A stretch of DNA of 64,000 nt from Callorhinchus milii (lineage: Eukaryota), in assembly GCF_018977255.1 (NCBI RefSeq), contig NW_024704743.1, forward strand, positions 84,136,001 through 84,200,000, read 5' to 3'. Position numbers and translations under genes: made by a program. Positions 11,975-25,267 of this stretch are shown in pieces (within the stretch, counting starts at the first letter, position 1; every line of letters starts with the position of its first letter). The notes below the pieces were generated by a model. The model did not search any database. It saw nothing but the letters and a program-made list of their open reading frames with translations, and had not been told where the DNA came from.

Positions 11975-13067
11975 TGAGGTGAAGAGACCGGTCCATTCCT
12001 GCTGTACTCATCACGTAGGGATGAATTCACATCCAGGCACAAAAAAGCCCAATTTATCAGAGGAAGAGCAGTTTGACAGAACTGAACCAAAACAGCTTTG
12101 ATGGGTTTAGCCTTTTATACAATTCAAATTGCTCCTCAGTGGTGGAATGAAACCTCAGAGCATTGCACACATCAACGGTTTGGCTCTTGAGCTGCATGAG
12201 GGAACCATGTATTTAGCAGCACGGATTCAGCTTACATTGCATGGAAGGCTATTCACCCCTAGGATAAAGCTTTTGATAACAGAGTCACAGTTATTCATCA
12301 GAAAAGGTCTGATTATAAGGAATGATTACAAGGTATAGACAGTGCCTATTAATATCAAGTGTGGCTCATTATGGAAACAGCACTTAGTTACAACTAAGAA
12401 TAATATCATAATATGATCTTCAAATAGTACATTGATAGTTTAAGAAGCAATGTGCATTGATTAATCAGTTAGACATTCAGTAATACAATTAATTCTTTAA
12501 GTATTTTTCTTCACCATTTAAATATGTTTACTTCAAACGTGTGAGGTTTATTATGATCATCTTATCCTTTTCTTAACGGCCACTGTTATCCTGATTTATT
12601 TTTGTTGAGGTTAGAAAAGAGTCAGTCCAATTAGCTCTGGACTTGCAAACAAAAATTGCATTGAATTTGTGGGGACAATTTTTGCATTATGGATTTTTTG
12701 CATAAGAAACTGAAAGTATATTGCACAAATCACTCCAGGAAATACCACTCTGAATGTAAATTGAGGTGGAGTGATGTTCCCGCCTCTTAGACTTCTAGAT
12801 TTCTTTAAAAAAATCGATTGAGAAATACTGCAATTGTTGCAACCTTGCTATAATCTCTATTTTATTCCTTCGCATCAAATAGCTACTTCTGCAATGCCAT
12901 TGCCACCACAAGTAAGTGAGGGACACTTGTGTTAATTTCTAACCTAATAGTCCTCATCTGAGCTCAAATGCTTTATTTTCTTTTCATCCATTCCCACTGA
13001 CATTCTTTCAAACTCTCTGATTGAAGATATTTTTCTGCATAATGCCACAGTGTATCATGAAAGCCAG

Positions 13068-13258
13068 CCATGCTTTCAGTCACTACGCCCTGAAACTTTG
13101 GAACTCTCTGCTTCAATCCCTCAATCTAGCCTCCTCTTTGTTGTGCCCTACGGTCACTTCCACTCTCTCCCTGGTTCGGCGTCAAGCTCCTCCCCTGTTA
13201 AGTGCTCTGAGACACTGCCCCGGGTGAACGACACTATATAAATGCAAGTTGTTGTTTT
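13068..13258 (+). mobile_element. L2 3' fragment with tail
   Basis: HAFSHYALKLWNSL motif; ends TATATAAATGCAAGTTGTTG. Confidence 0.8.
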
Positions 13259-14046
13259 TGGATGAGAGCAAACTTTCTGCAGTTGAATGTTGACAAGTCT
13301 TAGGCCCTCTTGCTTGGATCCCATCAGCGCCTCCTCACTATTTATGAATACACTCTCCACACCATCAAGCCAGTATGGAACCTTGGTGCTCTGTTCGACC
13401 CTCAACTGTCCTTTAAACCTCACATCCGTTCCATGACCCATTCTGCCTTCCACCACTGCAACGTTTCATCCTCCGCCAATACCTCTTCCGTCAGGTCACC
13501 GAGACCCATATATATGCTTTGATCTATCCAGGCTTCACTATGCTAACCCTCAGTTTGCAGACTTCCCAACTTCCCTCCCTAAGCTATAACTCTGCAGCTC
13601 ATGTCCTCTCCCGCACCAATCTCCATGAACTAATCCTCACCTAGCTTCACTGACTCCCCATCACCCAGAGGATCAAGTTTAAGATCCTTGGCCTCACTTT
13701 CAAAACTCTCCTCCCTACCTCTGAAGCCTGCTAAAACCTTACCAACCTACCCGCTACTTCCACTCGGCGGGCACTGGCCTGCTTTCCCCAGCATCAGTGG
13801 TCGGGCCTTCAGCCTTTCTGTTCCCACGTTCTACAAGGGACTTCTTCCTGGAGTCCCTTTGCACTGCCCACTTTGCCTCCTTCAAGGCCCATCTCAAGAT
13901 CTTCCTCTTTGACTGCGCCTTCGGTCATCCTTCCACCCCTACCCTCCGTGCCCACCCCTCTTGACTCCTATTCCCAGCTTGGGTGTTAGCACCTTGTGAC
14001 ATCCTCCTGACATAAAAGGCACTATATCAATGCAATTTGTTGTTGT
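13259..14046 (+). mobile_element. Degenerate L2 ORF2 C-terminal half with tail
   Basis: KPVWNLGALFDPQLSFKPHI and SGRAFSLS motifs; tail GACATCCTCCTGACATAAAAGGCAC..(TTG)n. Confidence 0.88.
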
Positions 14047-14079
14047 ATTTTAGATCAATGTATTCCAACTGCAACCTTC

Positions 14080-14275
14080 ATGCAGAGAGGAGTGGAATGA
14101 GAAACGCACTGCTCAAAGTAATGGTTGAAGCAGATAGTATGGATGCATTTAAGTGAAAGCTAGATATACACATGAGGGAGAAAGGACAGAAAGGAATAGA
14201 AGGGTATGGGAGGTTATAAGGACCAGGTGGAGACTTATGTGAAGTATAAATACCAGCACGGACTGTGAAACAACA
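14080..14275 (+). mobile_element. CR1 LINE 3' fragment
   Basis: GGTTGAAGCAGATAGTATGGATGCATTTAAG..CTAGAT, similar to the CR1 terminus at 41410-41530. Confidence 0.65.
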
Positions 14276-14884
14276 CTCAAATGCCAGCCCCAGGACAGGA
14301 ACATAAAATTGAGCTGATAAAACAAGAACAAAGTTAGAGGCACAATTTGTGAAAACAACCATGGTTGATGTTTGTGTGTGTGTTTGGTGGGGGGGTTGGG
14401 GGGGAGAATGTCTTTAGGAGTGAATGGAAAAATTGATGTTCCATAACATTATGATATAATATATTTGATAGTTATCAATAGTTATCGAATCAGTTATGAA
14501 ACATGATATTTTTCACCCCATTATACAACTTGGTGTTATTATTGCAGCTGTTTTTTTATCCCAAGATTTTATCTTTAATAATCTCATCAAGGGATTCAGA
14601 TAAAGGTACAAATCGCAAGAGCAAAGCTCAAGCAGGTTTTAAGCATCACCTGAACCGCAAAATTAGATTACTGCCTGGAGATTGCTCCTATCTATTCGGT
14701 CATGTTTATAATGTGTGGAGGTCATGAGAGTACTAGTATTCTACTGTGAGTCCAGTTTTTTGCAACAGCAGGTGACATGCTGGATGGCAACAGTCTTTGT
14801 TCCCACTGAAGGATTAATAATTCCAACATAATTATTGCAAGTGATGAGCGGTGATCACCACTGTGAAAATAATGCAGTGAATTT

Positions 14885-15140
14885 CATAAGATCACAAGAG
14901 AGGTTTGGATGAAGACGGCCCTTCGGCCCGTTTGATCCTTATCCCTCCTGAATACCCACCCTACCATCCTCCCATCACAGCATCAAGCTGCTTTATTAAA
15001 TAAGTCCTGCATCCCACCCTCAGCCATCCTCCTTGGAAACCTATTCCAGTCATTAATTACCCTCTCAAAGAAAAAAAAACTGGTGTCTGTCCTGAAATTG
15101 CCCATTGAACATTAGACCTGTATCCTCTGATTCTGGTGTC
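14885..15140 (-). mobile_element. CR1 LINE 3' end fragment
   Basis: GGCCCTTCGGCCC terminal motif and CTATTCCAGTCATTAATTACCCTCT, as in the reversed CR1 ends at 40285 and 63155. Confidence 0.6.
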
Positions 15141-16779
15141 TCACCGTATCTGCCTACAAAATGTCCAGTTGCTACACTTTACAGTGAATTCCTGTGAAGC
15201 ATTTTGAGATGTCCTCCTGACATAAAAGGCAGCGTATCAAATGCAAGGATTATTTTTATTTTCCGAAAGTATTGTTCTGGATTTACTTTGAATACACATC
15301 CTGTAGGCATATTTCACAGCAATGAACAGCAGCCTGGAGAGGTGACTGTCTTATTTAATGGATCGATTGTTAGGATCCCTAAACCTTGTTTATTATCTAT
15401 TCATTGTTATTTACTCATTTTTAAAAATTTAAATCTTTTATTCTTTAATAAGTCTACCGAATTCTACATTTTGCATAGAAAAGTTATGATAATAATAATT
15501 ATAATCCTTGCATTTGATATAGCCCCTTATCACGTCTTCCAGACATCTCATAGTGCTTCGGATAGAATAAAACTGCCTCAAAGTGGTTCACAAATAAGAT
15601 CTAAGATTGCTATAATCAATTAATTTACTGTAATCAATTAATTTTCTTATTTTCTTCCCACTGATATCTGTCTCTTTGCTTCTGGTCCTGCTCAATACTT
15701 TTGTCATGTTTCCTCCTTTCCATCAATTACTCTGAACTTTCCAATCCTATTGATTCTGTGTCCTGTTGTTCACATCTTCTTCCTTTGTTCCCTTTGATCT
15801 GCTTCTCAGACATTACTAACCACAGTTGCCCTCTACTTCAAGTCACCCTTCCTATGCCCACTGTGGCAGATGCCTCATGCCATATCTCCATGTTGTGCTA
15901 TACCTTCACTTGTATTCCCCTCATGCCACACACCACATGCATTCGTCTTGCGTCACACCACACATGTATAATTACTTGGTATAAAATTGCAGTCAATTAA
16001 CACAGAATATATTTACACAGACACGCACACACACAGCGGTGACCAATCTGTGGAATCGGCTCCCTGAACATTTGCACAAGTCTAGGTAAGTCCATGTTCG
16101 ATCGATAGTGTGTTTCCAGTTTTGTCAGTTCCAGGCACCAGAAACTATGAGCCTAGCCATGTTTTTGTTGTGGCAAGGGCAGGAGGAATGGCACAGTCAG
16201 CCGATAATTGTCACCCGGTTTGATGGCAATTTTCACCAACACGTTAATTATCACTTCTCACATTTTTCATCCCATATTTGTTAAATGATATGGACCTTCT
16301 GTCTTTTCGTGCAGTAACCCTATGTTAATTTTTGGATGCAATGAACTTATAACACAGGACGGGAAAGCTGTCAGAAAAATAGTGAAGAGTTACTAGTTCC
16401 AATAGGGGAGGGAAAGAATCACTAAACCTTGCATTGCGTTTTTTCTTTACAAGCAAAGAAAAAAAGCAAAAGTGGTGCAGTTGAGACAAGATAATTTACA
16501 GCAAAAAGTGCTGACATATGGCCCATTGAATATCAGAAAAGTGTGCATCAATGCTAATTAACCACATTCTGCCCTCAGTGAGAATGGCCTTTCTCACTTT
16601 AGTACAAGACTTTTTAATCTGAGTGAATTCTGACTAATCGCTGTCTTAAATACACGTTTTTTTAAAAAAGTCACACACACACACACACAAAAACACCCTC
16701 TTCTTAGCTGTGTGACTCATATATTGATATGTTCAGAATGTGAGCAATCATGCAGGTGCTCGCCCCAGTGTGATTCACA

Positions 16780-17200
16780 GAAGAACTTTTATGCAAAGCT
16801 CATGAAAGCCCAGTAGCCCGTAGGTCAAAGAGCAGAGGTTTGATGGATTATGGGATTGTAACTGTCCCTGCTTGCTGACAGCTTTTATTGGTTGGGAGGA
16901 TGAGCCTGTAAAACCTTTATATAATTATTGTATTAAAGCCACTATGCTTCTGCATTGCTGGCACTTGTTCAGGAATCAATGTGAAGATAATTTCAAAAAT
17001 GAATAGTAAGTATTGATCGGCCCCAGCGCTGCATTATCAGCGGCTGGAGTAAACTACTGTAGATTATAACTTCAATGTCATTCACGATGATATGATGTGT
17101 ATTGCAGAGTGGCAATTTAAACCGAGTCCTGATTTAATTCATAATGGATTTTCATAGGACAGCGGACAATAAATCACAATATTTAGAAATGAACCACAGG
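16780..17200. promoter_or_regulatory. Candidate conserved enhancer with PBX-HOX and MEIS motifs
   Basis: Repeat-free; TGATGGATTA at 16841, TGACAG at 16876, TTTTATTG just after it, TGATTTATTG on minus at 17167-17176; conservation untested. Confidence 0.4.
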
Positions 17201-20200
17201 TTGGTAAAGAGTTACTGGCAGTTCCAGAGAGATCTAAAAATGACCAGAGAGGGCAAATATCAGCTGTGAGTTCCTTCTGAATGATTGGCCCCTGCTTGTT
17301 TCTGACATTCAGGTGACCTTGGGGCTCTGCAGGCAGCCTCTGGTTAATTTTCTACAAGGAGGAGAGTTTAACTTTGTATCCAGCAGCGGACTACCTGATA
17401 TTATTAACTTATAGGATTCTCCCCCAACCCCCCAACCTCACCCTCCCCACATCCCTCGAGTGTATCTGAATCAGAAACTCTCACAAATATTTTAATGCTC
17501 ATTCTACTACTTTTCTGCTGATTATCTCACTATCCAGGTTTCAGACCAAATACCAAATGTGAAGACACATTAAAGGCACATCACACACATGTTCCTTATG
17601 ATGAAAATTTTAGAGGGGTAGGAAGTGATCAAGAAGGGAAGAGTGAACAGCTTTATGGAGACGTTCGTTACGAACCATTGATTTTTTCCCTCTCTTTCAC
17701 TTTCTCTGTCTTTCCCATTCTCACGCTTTATGTAGTCTTCGAACTGGGGTTAACTCTTTGAGCTCTTCACAACTTTACAAACTGAGCTCTTTTCTACCAA
17801 ATAATGTCTGCAACTACATCTAATGGCTTGGAGAGGGAATAGGAGATATGGTGTGTGATAATTATTTATCACAGTTATTTACCTAGCCTAGGAGACTCTC
17901 TCATCCTGCCTGACATCTAAATGTAACAATTTGTAGATTCTCCTAACTTCAAGAGAATTGCTTCCCCCCAGAACTATTGAAGTAATAATACTGAGGAACA
18001 TTTACCAATTAAATGCAGTGACCAGTCTGACTTGTATTTACCAGTAACAGATATCAACCATCCAGGTTCTAAAACATATTTCAGAATGTCTTGCCTCCAA
18101 ATGATAAAGATTACACCCAACCCCACTTGCAGAAGGTAGACTGATTTCATTCATAATCTCTGTTTTTGAGTGAGCAAGTGCGGCCCATGACTGTCCATTA
18201 TTCTCAGCAGTCAGAGTAACAATTCAATGTTGCCTCACAAGCCACCAGTTTAAATAAGGTCAATATCTGATGAAGAGTCAATGCCTTAAAAAAATCACTA
18301 ATATTCAATCTTCCGGAGGGCTGTAAAACCTCCTGTGGAAGTCAGAGTGGAGTATTCAACAACAACAAAAACTTGCGTTTTTATAACACGAACAACAAAA
18401 TTACATTTGTGTAGCGCCTTTCACGCCGGGAGGATGTCCCAAGGTGCTGAAAGTATATAGTACACTTCATTGCAGGATAACGTCTCAGTCCTAAACTTAT
18501 TTGTAAGGATAGGTTTTAGTTGCATTTTCTGTCCTTGTGATAATTGTCACACACTGTACTACAATCCCTGTTATATTTATGTGTCTGAGCCTTATGGAAC
18601 AGAACTAGAACTATAAAATCAATCCAGAAATTGGTTTACTCAGATTCATTGTCCGAATCCAACAGAAAGCATTCTTGTTCCCACAGACCATAGCGATAAG
18701 GTTGATATGTTGAATCTTTGCTGCCTAATAAGGATGTACAGAACCAATTATATGGACAGTGCATGAGAAATAATCAATTTTCAATAAATATATATAAAAC
18801 TTTTCATTATGGATTATACATTTGACCATATTTTTATAACTTTCACGCATCCCAGGCTGCTTGATAAAACAGTTATTGTCACACAGTTGGGGCCAACACT
18901 CCAGCAAGACATTCTGAAAGATGTTTTATAAACTAGATAGAATCTGCTGATTGTTACCAGTAAATACAAGTCAGCCTGGACCCTGCACTTGAGTGGCGTC
19001 TGTTCCCCAATGGACAGTGAAAATGCGCTGTTCATTTTTCTTTCAGTGATGTGATTGCAGCAATGCATGACAGCAGTGGAGAGTGGAACCGTTTCTCCCT
19101 GTGACAATATTAACCACTGGTTAATCATGTGAAGGTGGAGGGAGTTGCTTATAGTGGAAGTCCCCATACAATGGCCTGACAATACACTCAAGTCCCAACA
19201 TCAGAAGAGCATGGCCCACCCCATTACACCAATGTGACATTTCTATTTTTTCACAATCTCACTCCTGTGTCTTATCAGGGCTGAAAACTACTGATTAAGG
19301 GTAAAATTAAGGACAAGTTTGTGCTATGGATTCATATCAATTGGAAAGTAAATTGAACTGCCAAAATTCATTTCACTTTGGACCTTAACAGACATGAGCA
19401 AGGAGGCCATTATGTGCTTTCGAGACTTGAAACTTGAATGGCAAAATGAGCAGAGCTTCTGCACAGCCTTCCATCAGCACATTACAGCATTAACCAGGCA
19501 ATCGCTTCCATGCTGCTGCTGCTGAGAGGGCCCTTACTTTGATCTAGAGCTTATCCAGTTCATGGTGTTGAGTTGTATCCATGGAACTACTCTGTTCTGT
19601 GCAGCAGTGCTATGGATAAGGGATGGAACAGAGCAATTTCCAACAGTTCATCTTAACAGCGTGAGCGCTGTTAGTTCTTACATATCCCATACTATGATAC
19701 AGGCGACACCTAAATCGTATGACTTTTATGTACAATAAAGGATGGAGCAGAGAGATGGTGGAATAAGCATCCCTATTCTCTTGAAGAATTATATGCAAAC
19801 TGTGAAATTATTTATTTCTGCATCTGTACTACAATAAACTCCTGATACCTCATCACTCCAAGGGGAAAAGAGCTCAGTGACAAGTTATCTGTGGTGGCGA
19901 GTCAGGCATTTGTACAAATATACAGATAAATGGGCTTGATATTGACAACATGGTGACTTAAGTGGTAGTGGCAAGTTAAGTCAGGGTCGAGTTATCAGGA
20001 GTTCGCTGTACCACCTTTTTAAAATAAGGTACAGGGTGTTAATACACCTGACAATAGTGTTTGAAGGATCCCTTCTGCATTGCATGAACAAACTGTTTAT
20101 GAATTGGTAGAAACTGTCAGACATCTCCTGACTAATCTACCTTAGAGCTAAGGTCAGGACGTTGTTGGTAGAAATTGATTAGGAATCTTCTACTTGTTGA

Positions 20201-20675
20201 ATTTTCCAATTCAATCTTTTATAGAGGCGATGATCTGAACCAACTGGAGTCTTAAATTAAAGACTGCCTTTCTTTAAAGAGAGTTAAAAAGGAGAGGACC
20301 TTCTTAATGATCAATTCTCTCTTCTCCTTTCTCCTCTCTTGCTCGGCATCTAACACCCATTCTTGTAAATTGCTCTGACATGTTACCCTAAGTAAAGGGT
20401 GCTACATCAATGCAAGTTATTGTTGTTAATTAAATAAAAGCAGAGTTTTTATTAGGCCTGACCTTACTCAGTCTTCTCTTTCTTCTACAATCTTCAACTT
20501 GGATTGCCAAGTCAAGAGAGACTCTAGTCTCCCTGAGACAGTTAGTCTGTACACACATCAAAATAGTTTCCATGTACTGTAGATATTGAAATAAATATCA
20601 AAACAAATTTGTTTAAAATACTTTATATATCCTCCCCATTGTTCCTTTTTTATTCCTATTCACTCAACTTCCAAC

Positions 20676-21100
20676 TGCTGTGCGCAAATTGGCTGCTGTG
20701 TTCATCTAGAAAATAAATAGTCACTACACTTTACAATAATAATAAATAATAATAATAATAATCCTTGCATTTGATATATTGCTTTTCATGTCATCTAGAC
20801 ATCTCAAAGAGTTTCACAGAATATACTGTAAAGTGAATTGACTATATTTGTGGGCAAAACATGACAGCCAATTATGCACAGCAGTGTTCCACAAACAGTC
20901 GTGGATTGAAATGACCAATTTATTATTTTTTTTCTTGAGGGATTATTATCAGGCATGTGGAGAAACTTGCCCAAGCAAACTTGCTGGAAACAAACCCAGG
21001 TCTCTCGCTTGCTCTAACCACTGAGTTACAGGTTTCCACAAGCGCTTTGAGAAGTACTCCTGACATGAAAGGCACAATATCAAATGCACGGACTACTAAT
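20676..21100 (+). mobile_element. Old Deu-SINE 3' half, interrupted by an antisense composite SINE
   Basis: CTGCTGTGCGCAAATTGGCTGC..CACTTTAC at 20676-20734 resumes as AAGCGCTTTGAG..TGAAAGGCAC after 21037. Confidence 0.8.
20735..21037 (-). mobile_element. Composite tRNA-SINE, short form (head partly deleted)
   Basis: CTGTAACTCAGTGGTTAGAGC head, short-form junction CTCCACATGCCTGATAATAATCCCTC, Deu core, (TTA)n tail. Confidence 0.88.
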
Positions 21101-21382
21101 TCTCGATCAGATCTCGATCAAGTTTTTGCATATTATTTTCCATTGCCCAGTCTACCCAATCCTTTCAAACTCTGAACTTTCATTCTCACAAATGTCACAT
21201 TTAAACCTACTTAAATAATATTGCCCATCTTTCTTCCTCCTCCCACTTGTTGGTCTGCTGAAAATCAAAGGTGAGGCTTTCGGTCCAATGAGTCAGTTTC
21301 AGGCAATTTCTTTGGCTTCTATTTTATTGGCTCTTTCTTAATTGCATTTAAGAAGTAAAAGGTAATTAAGAAAGAGCCAATA

Positions 21383-21452
21383 AACAACAACAACAACAAG
21401 ATTACATTTGTATTGCGCCTTTCAAGTCGGGAAGACGTCCCAAGGCGCTGGA
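21383..21452 (-). mobile_element. L2 3' tail stub (70 bp)
   Basis: Near-identical to 6072-6142, including the stem-loop and (TTG)n tail. Confidence 0.85.
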
Positions 21453-21675
21453 AATAATAATGCTTGCATTTGATATAGCGCTTTTCACGTCTTCTAGACG
21501 TCTCAATGCGCTTCACAGAATAGACTGTTAAGTGAATTGACTATATATTTGTGGGTGAAATGCAGCAGGCAATTGTGCACAGCAGTGTCCCACAAACAGT
21601 CGTGGATTGAAGCGACCAATTTATTATTGTTTTCTTTCTTGAGGGATTATTATTAGGCGTGCAGAGTAAGGAAAC
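21453..21675 (-). mobile_element. 5'-truncated composite SINE, short form
   Basis: GTTTCCTTACTCTGCACGCCTAATAATAATCCCTC junction, Deu core, ACGTCTAGAAGACGT hairpin. Confidence 0.88.
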
Positions 21676-22199
21676 AGGAAGCAGGAAGTATAAGAGGATC
21701 TCGGAAAGAAAAAAGGGATGTGTTTATGGTTGGAGAGAATAAAGGAGTTACCTAAAGGTTGAGGATGCTATTTTGGAGGTGAATATAAGCAGCTAATTTG
21801 GATGCAACAAAGTTTGACAAGCAGCCAACAAGTGAATGACCAATTTGATCTGGGGATCTGTCAGACAAGACATTGGGAGAAACTTCCTTCTCTTTTTGAG
21901 TAGTCATATGACATATTTAATGTCCACCTGAAAAAACAGATGGAGCCTCGACTTTATACCTCATCCAAAGAATGGCAAAGTAGTTGTTAATATAAGAGGA
22001 ATGAAACAGTTAATACAGTATTATAGCAATGAAGTTAATCATAATAACTGAGTTCTGTTGTGTTATTATTTATTTCAGGGTTATAGAAAATGAGCTGTAA
22101 AGTTAAAAAATGTCTGCCTGAGATTCTGGTACTTTATGGGTTAACTGGAGATTTTCTCTTGTTTTTCTCTTCTCCCTGTTCTGAGCGTGTATGTGTGTC

Positions 22200-22500
22200 A
22201 CCCAAAGCAGGGTCGGGATTCTGAAATGCATCTGCCATCATGCTTTCATTAATCGATCGCTCAAATCATTAACAAAGATCATTTAGAACGTGACCTTATT
22301 CTGAAAATTGGTCTTTAATGCTTTGATCCTAACAGTAAAAAATTTCCTCCAGCAAATTTTTTCGCCCTCAACCTATGGATTTCAGTCCTTAGTAACCCGT
22401 TCTTTGATAATGGTTAAGAAATTAAATATATTCCTCGTGATTAGGTAAAATTGCTGTGAAAGCTAATTTTAATAAAAAGATAAAGCTTTCAGGCACTGTG
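22200..22500. promoter_or_regulatory. Candidate conserved non-coding element
   Basis: Repeat-free, several CpGs retained; TAATCGAT, AACAAAG (SOX-like) and CTTTGAT (TCF/LEF) motifs. Confidence 0.3.
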
Positions 22501-23894
22501 TTTAGAAAGTGTTTTACACCATCGTCAAGGTTTAGACTTCAAAAGACCTAAACTATTGAATATCTCTGAATATTAATGTTAGAACGATATATTGAACTTC
22601 TGGAATTCTTAATGATTTTTTCAATAAGAAATCACATTTAAAATTCCCAGGAACACTGCTCCAGAACTAGATTATGTTGGAACAGAGTTCCCTTGGGTCA
22701 GTGGGAAGTACTTCTAGTTACTGGAAGGTGTGATCATTTGTGTGATTCAAATTCCTTATTAAGAATCATTTTAAGAAATAATGCAATTCAGATCAATACT
22801 ATTTAATTTGTCATATCTGGAAGTAAAATGTCAGTATTAAAGATATTCTGGAAAGATCTCATGCTTTTTACTTTTTATATAATCCCATTTTTCTTTCTAT
22901 GTAGCCTTAATAGTATTACAAAGTATATTTTATGCAGCTGAAAGTGTGATGTTCTAGATTTACATTATACAGTACGGTTTTCAACAGCAGTTGTGGCTTC
23001 ACAACACATAAAGTAGAATGTGTGTCAGTATGTCGTGCTCCTCCCTCCCTAACTGCTTCTGCATCTGTCCCTCGATGAGAAACTAAAGATTAATTTGGTT
23101 TTTCCTTACCTTGCTTTGGAGGAATAGTTGTTCTCAAGCTTGGCCCTGTAATCTGTATTCACATATGGGCTGCCTATTAACGAGAATTTTGAAGACTCTG
23201 GCTTTATAGATTCTGCTATGGGAAACTGGTGTCTCCAAGATGGGCTTTTTTGTCCAAAATTGATTTCATCGTTCAAACATTTCCTCTGGGGAAGGCATGC
23301 CACCTATCTGTAGACAGATCACACAAACTGACAGGTAGGTAGTCTGTCATTTCTATATCCCTCCTTCCTGTCCATTAACTGTAAATGGCAGAATGTATCA
23401 GTCAGCTGGTTAAAAAAAGTACATAGGCTCTATCAATACCAGCTCAGGGGGATCATTCAAACAAATGTAATTTGCTCAGTATTGGTCAGTTTGACCTCTG
23501 ACCCCAGTCCCTTGACAGCATATCCTCTGTGACCTCTGGATTTGTATTAAGTCAAGATCTGGTTATTGGTTTCTTTTGTGGCCAAGCAGCTTGCTGTGGG
23601 CTATTTAAATGACAAGCCTGAAGCTATCAAGCAGGAGGAATATTCACTAATACACTACACTCGGCCACCAGGCCTGCTTTCTTTTTCTTTTGGAAGCTGT
23701 TGTTCTGGGACACTACCCTGTTTGAGGAGCGCTATATAAATGCAGGTTGTTGTTGATGTTGTTGAAGTGTTAATTCTACTTGATAGGTAGAGCAGAGAAC
23801 GTGAAAAAGTCACCTAACCACCTGGGAATCTGCAGTCTTCTAGAACTGAAATCATTTTATTAATGCTTATAATAATAAATAATTTTTGGCCTCA

Positions 23895-24150
23895 ACAACA
23901 GTGCCTTGTCATGTTAAAATATCTCAAATTCTTGTTGTTTGACTGGGCATTTGAAAGCAAACATGGCAACTAAATTGCACGCTGCATTGACCTACAAACA
24001 ACCAGGAGATAAGTGACTAATTTGAGTGGAAGAATTATTGGCCAGGATAAAATCAAGAGTTTGGTTTAACATCTCATCTGAAGAATGGCAACTCTGGCAA
24101 TGAAGAGCATTGGAATATCAGCCAAGATGAGTTTAAAGTCCTGAACCAGG
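23895..24150 (-). mobile_element. Degenerate Deu-SINE
   Basis: Reverse Deu core and GGTTTAACATCTCATCTGAAG block. Confidence 0.6.
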
Positions 24151-24157
24151 TGTTGTA

Positions 24158-24573
24158 AATAATCCTTGTATTTGGTATAATGCCTTTCACGTTAGAGAAA
24201 CATCCCAAAGCGCTTCACAGGATACACTGTAAAGTTCGTTTTGTGGAGGAATGCAGCAGCCAATTTGCATACAGCTATGTCCCCCAAAGAACCTTGGAAT
24301 GAATAACCAATTTTATCTGGGGGATTGTTGGTGGGGACACCAGGCGAAACTCCCTTCTCTTTTCAAATAGTGTCATGGGATCTTTAACGTCCACCTGAAC
24401 AGGCTCAATTGACGTCTCATATGAATCACAGAACCTCCAATAATGCAGAACACTTCCAGGATTGGATTGGATTGTCAGCTTAGACTATTGTGAATTCCAA
24501 GGCCAGATGTGAAACTTGAACCCACAACTTTCTAACTCAGAAGTGAGAGTGCTACCAACTGAGCCAGGCTGAC
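24158..24573 (-). mobile_element. Full-length Deu-SINE (SacSINE1-like)
   Basis: Minus head GTCAGCCTGGCTCAGTTGGTAGCACTCTCAC..GTGGGTTCAAG, Deu domain, L2-type tail. Confidence 0.88.
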
Positions 24574-24887
24574 TAATGAGATGTTCATAAAATTAAAAGA
24601 AAAAATTACACTGTTTTAATTTTACAAGTATTTACTGAGTATTATAAGTTGAAGTAACAATATATGCGGTAATTTGCGGATTTATAAGAGTTAAGCCACT
24701 TTTAGATAAATAAGTGGAAGGAAGATTTCATTTGTTCTCTCAGGTGAGAATGGTGAAGATTTGGCACTATTATGTTAAGATTCTCAGTCAGTCATTTCCC
24801 CAAAGCTAATGCCTCAGTGAATAAGAGTGAGGCCTGTTCTGTATAAAGATATATTCTATCAATTGCTGATGAATGTAAAAAAGTGAA

Positions 24888-25267
24888 ATAATAATAATCA
24901 TAATAATCCTTGCATTTGATATAGCGCTTTTCATGTCTTCTAGATGTCTCAAAATGCTTCACAAAATATACTGTAAAATGAATTGACTGTACATTTGCGG
25001 GTGAAATGTGGCAGCCAATTGCGCACAGCAGTGTCCCACAAACAGTCGTGGATTGAGTGACCAAATTATTATTGTTTTTTTTCAAGGTATTATTATCCCC
25101 GGGAAAGTGAACCACCAATCGAATAACCAAACGGGTTCCTACTTACTGCTAGGTAAGCAGATGCATGTGGAGTAAGAAAACTTGCCCAACATTTCACCAT
25201 GCCGGGAATCAAACCCAGGTCTCTCACTTGCAAGGCGAGTGCTCTAACCACTGAGCTACAGGACTCC
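24888..25267 (-). mobile_element. Composite tRNA-SINE, long form
   Basis: GGAGTCCTGTAGCTCAGTGGTTAGAGCACTCGCCTTGCAAG head, TTGGGCAAG..CTGCTTACCTAGCAGTAAGTAGGAACC block, Deu core, (TTA)n. Confidence 0.94.

Noticed and set aside
12211..12232. REST/RE1-like TTTAGCAGCACGGATTCAGC
   Set aside because: Too many mismatches in both half-sites.
23106..23303. 65-codon minus ORF ending at a strong AG|GTAAGG donor
   Set aside because: It needs a TAG acceptor 4 nt downstream of a better CAG, which would introduce a stop; no recognisable protein similarity.
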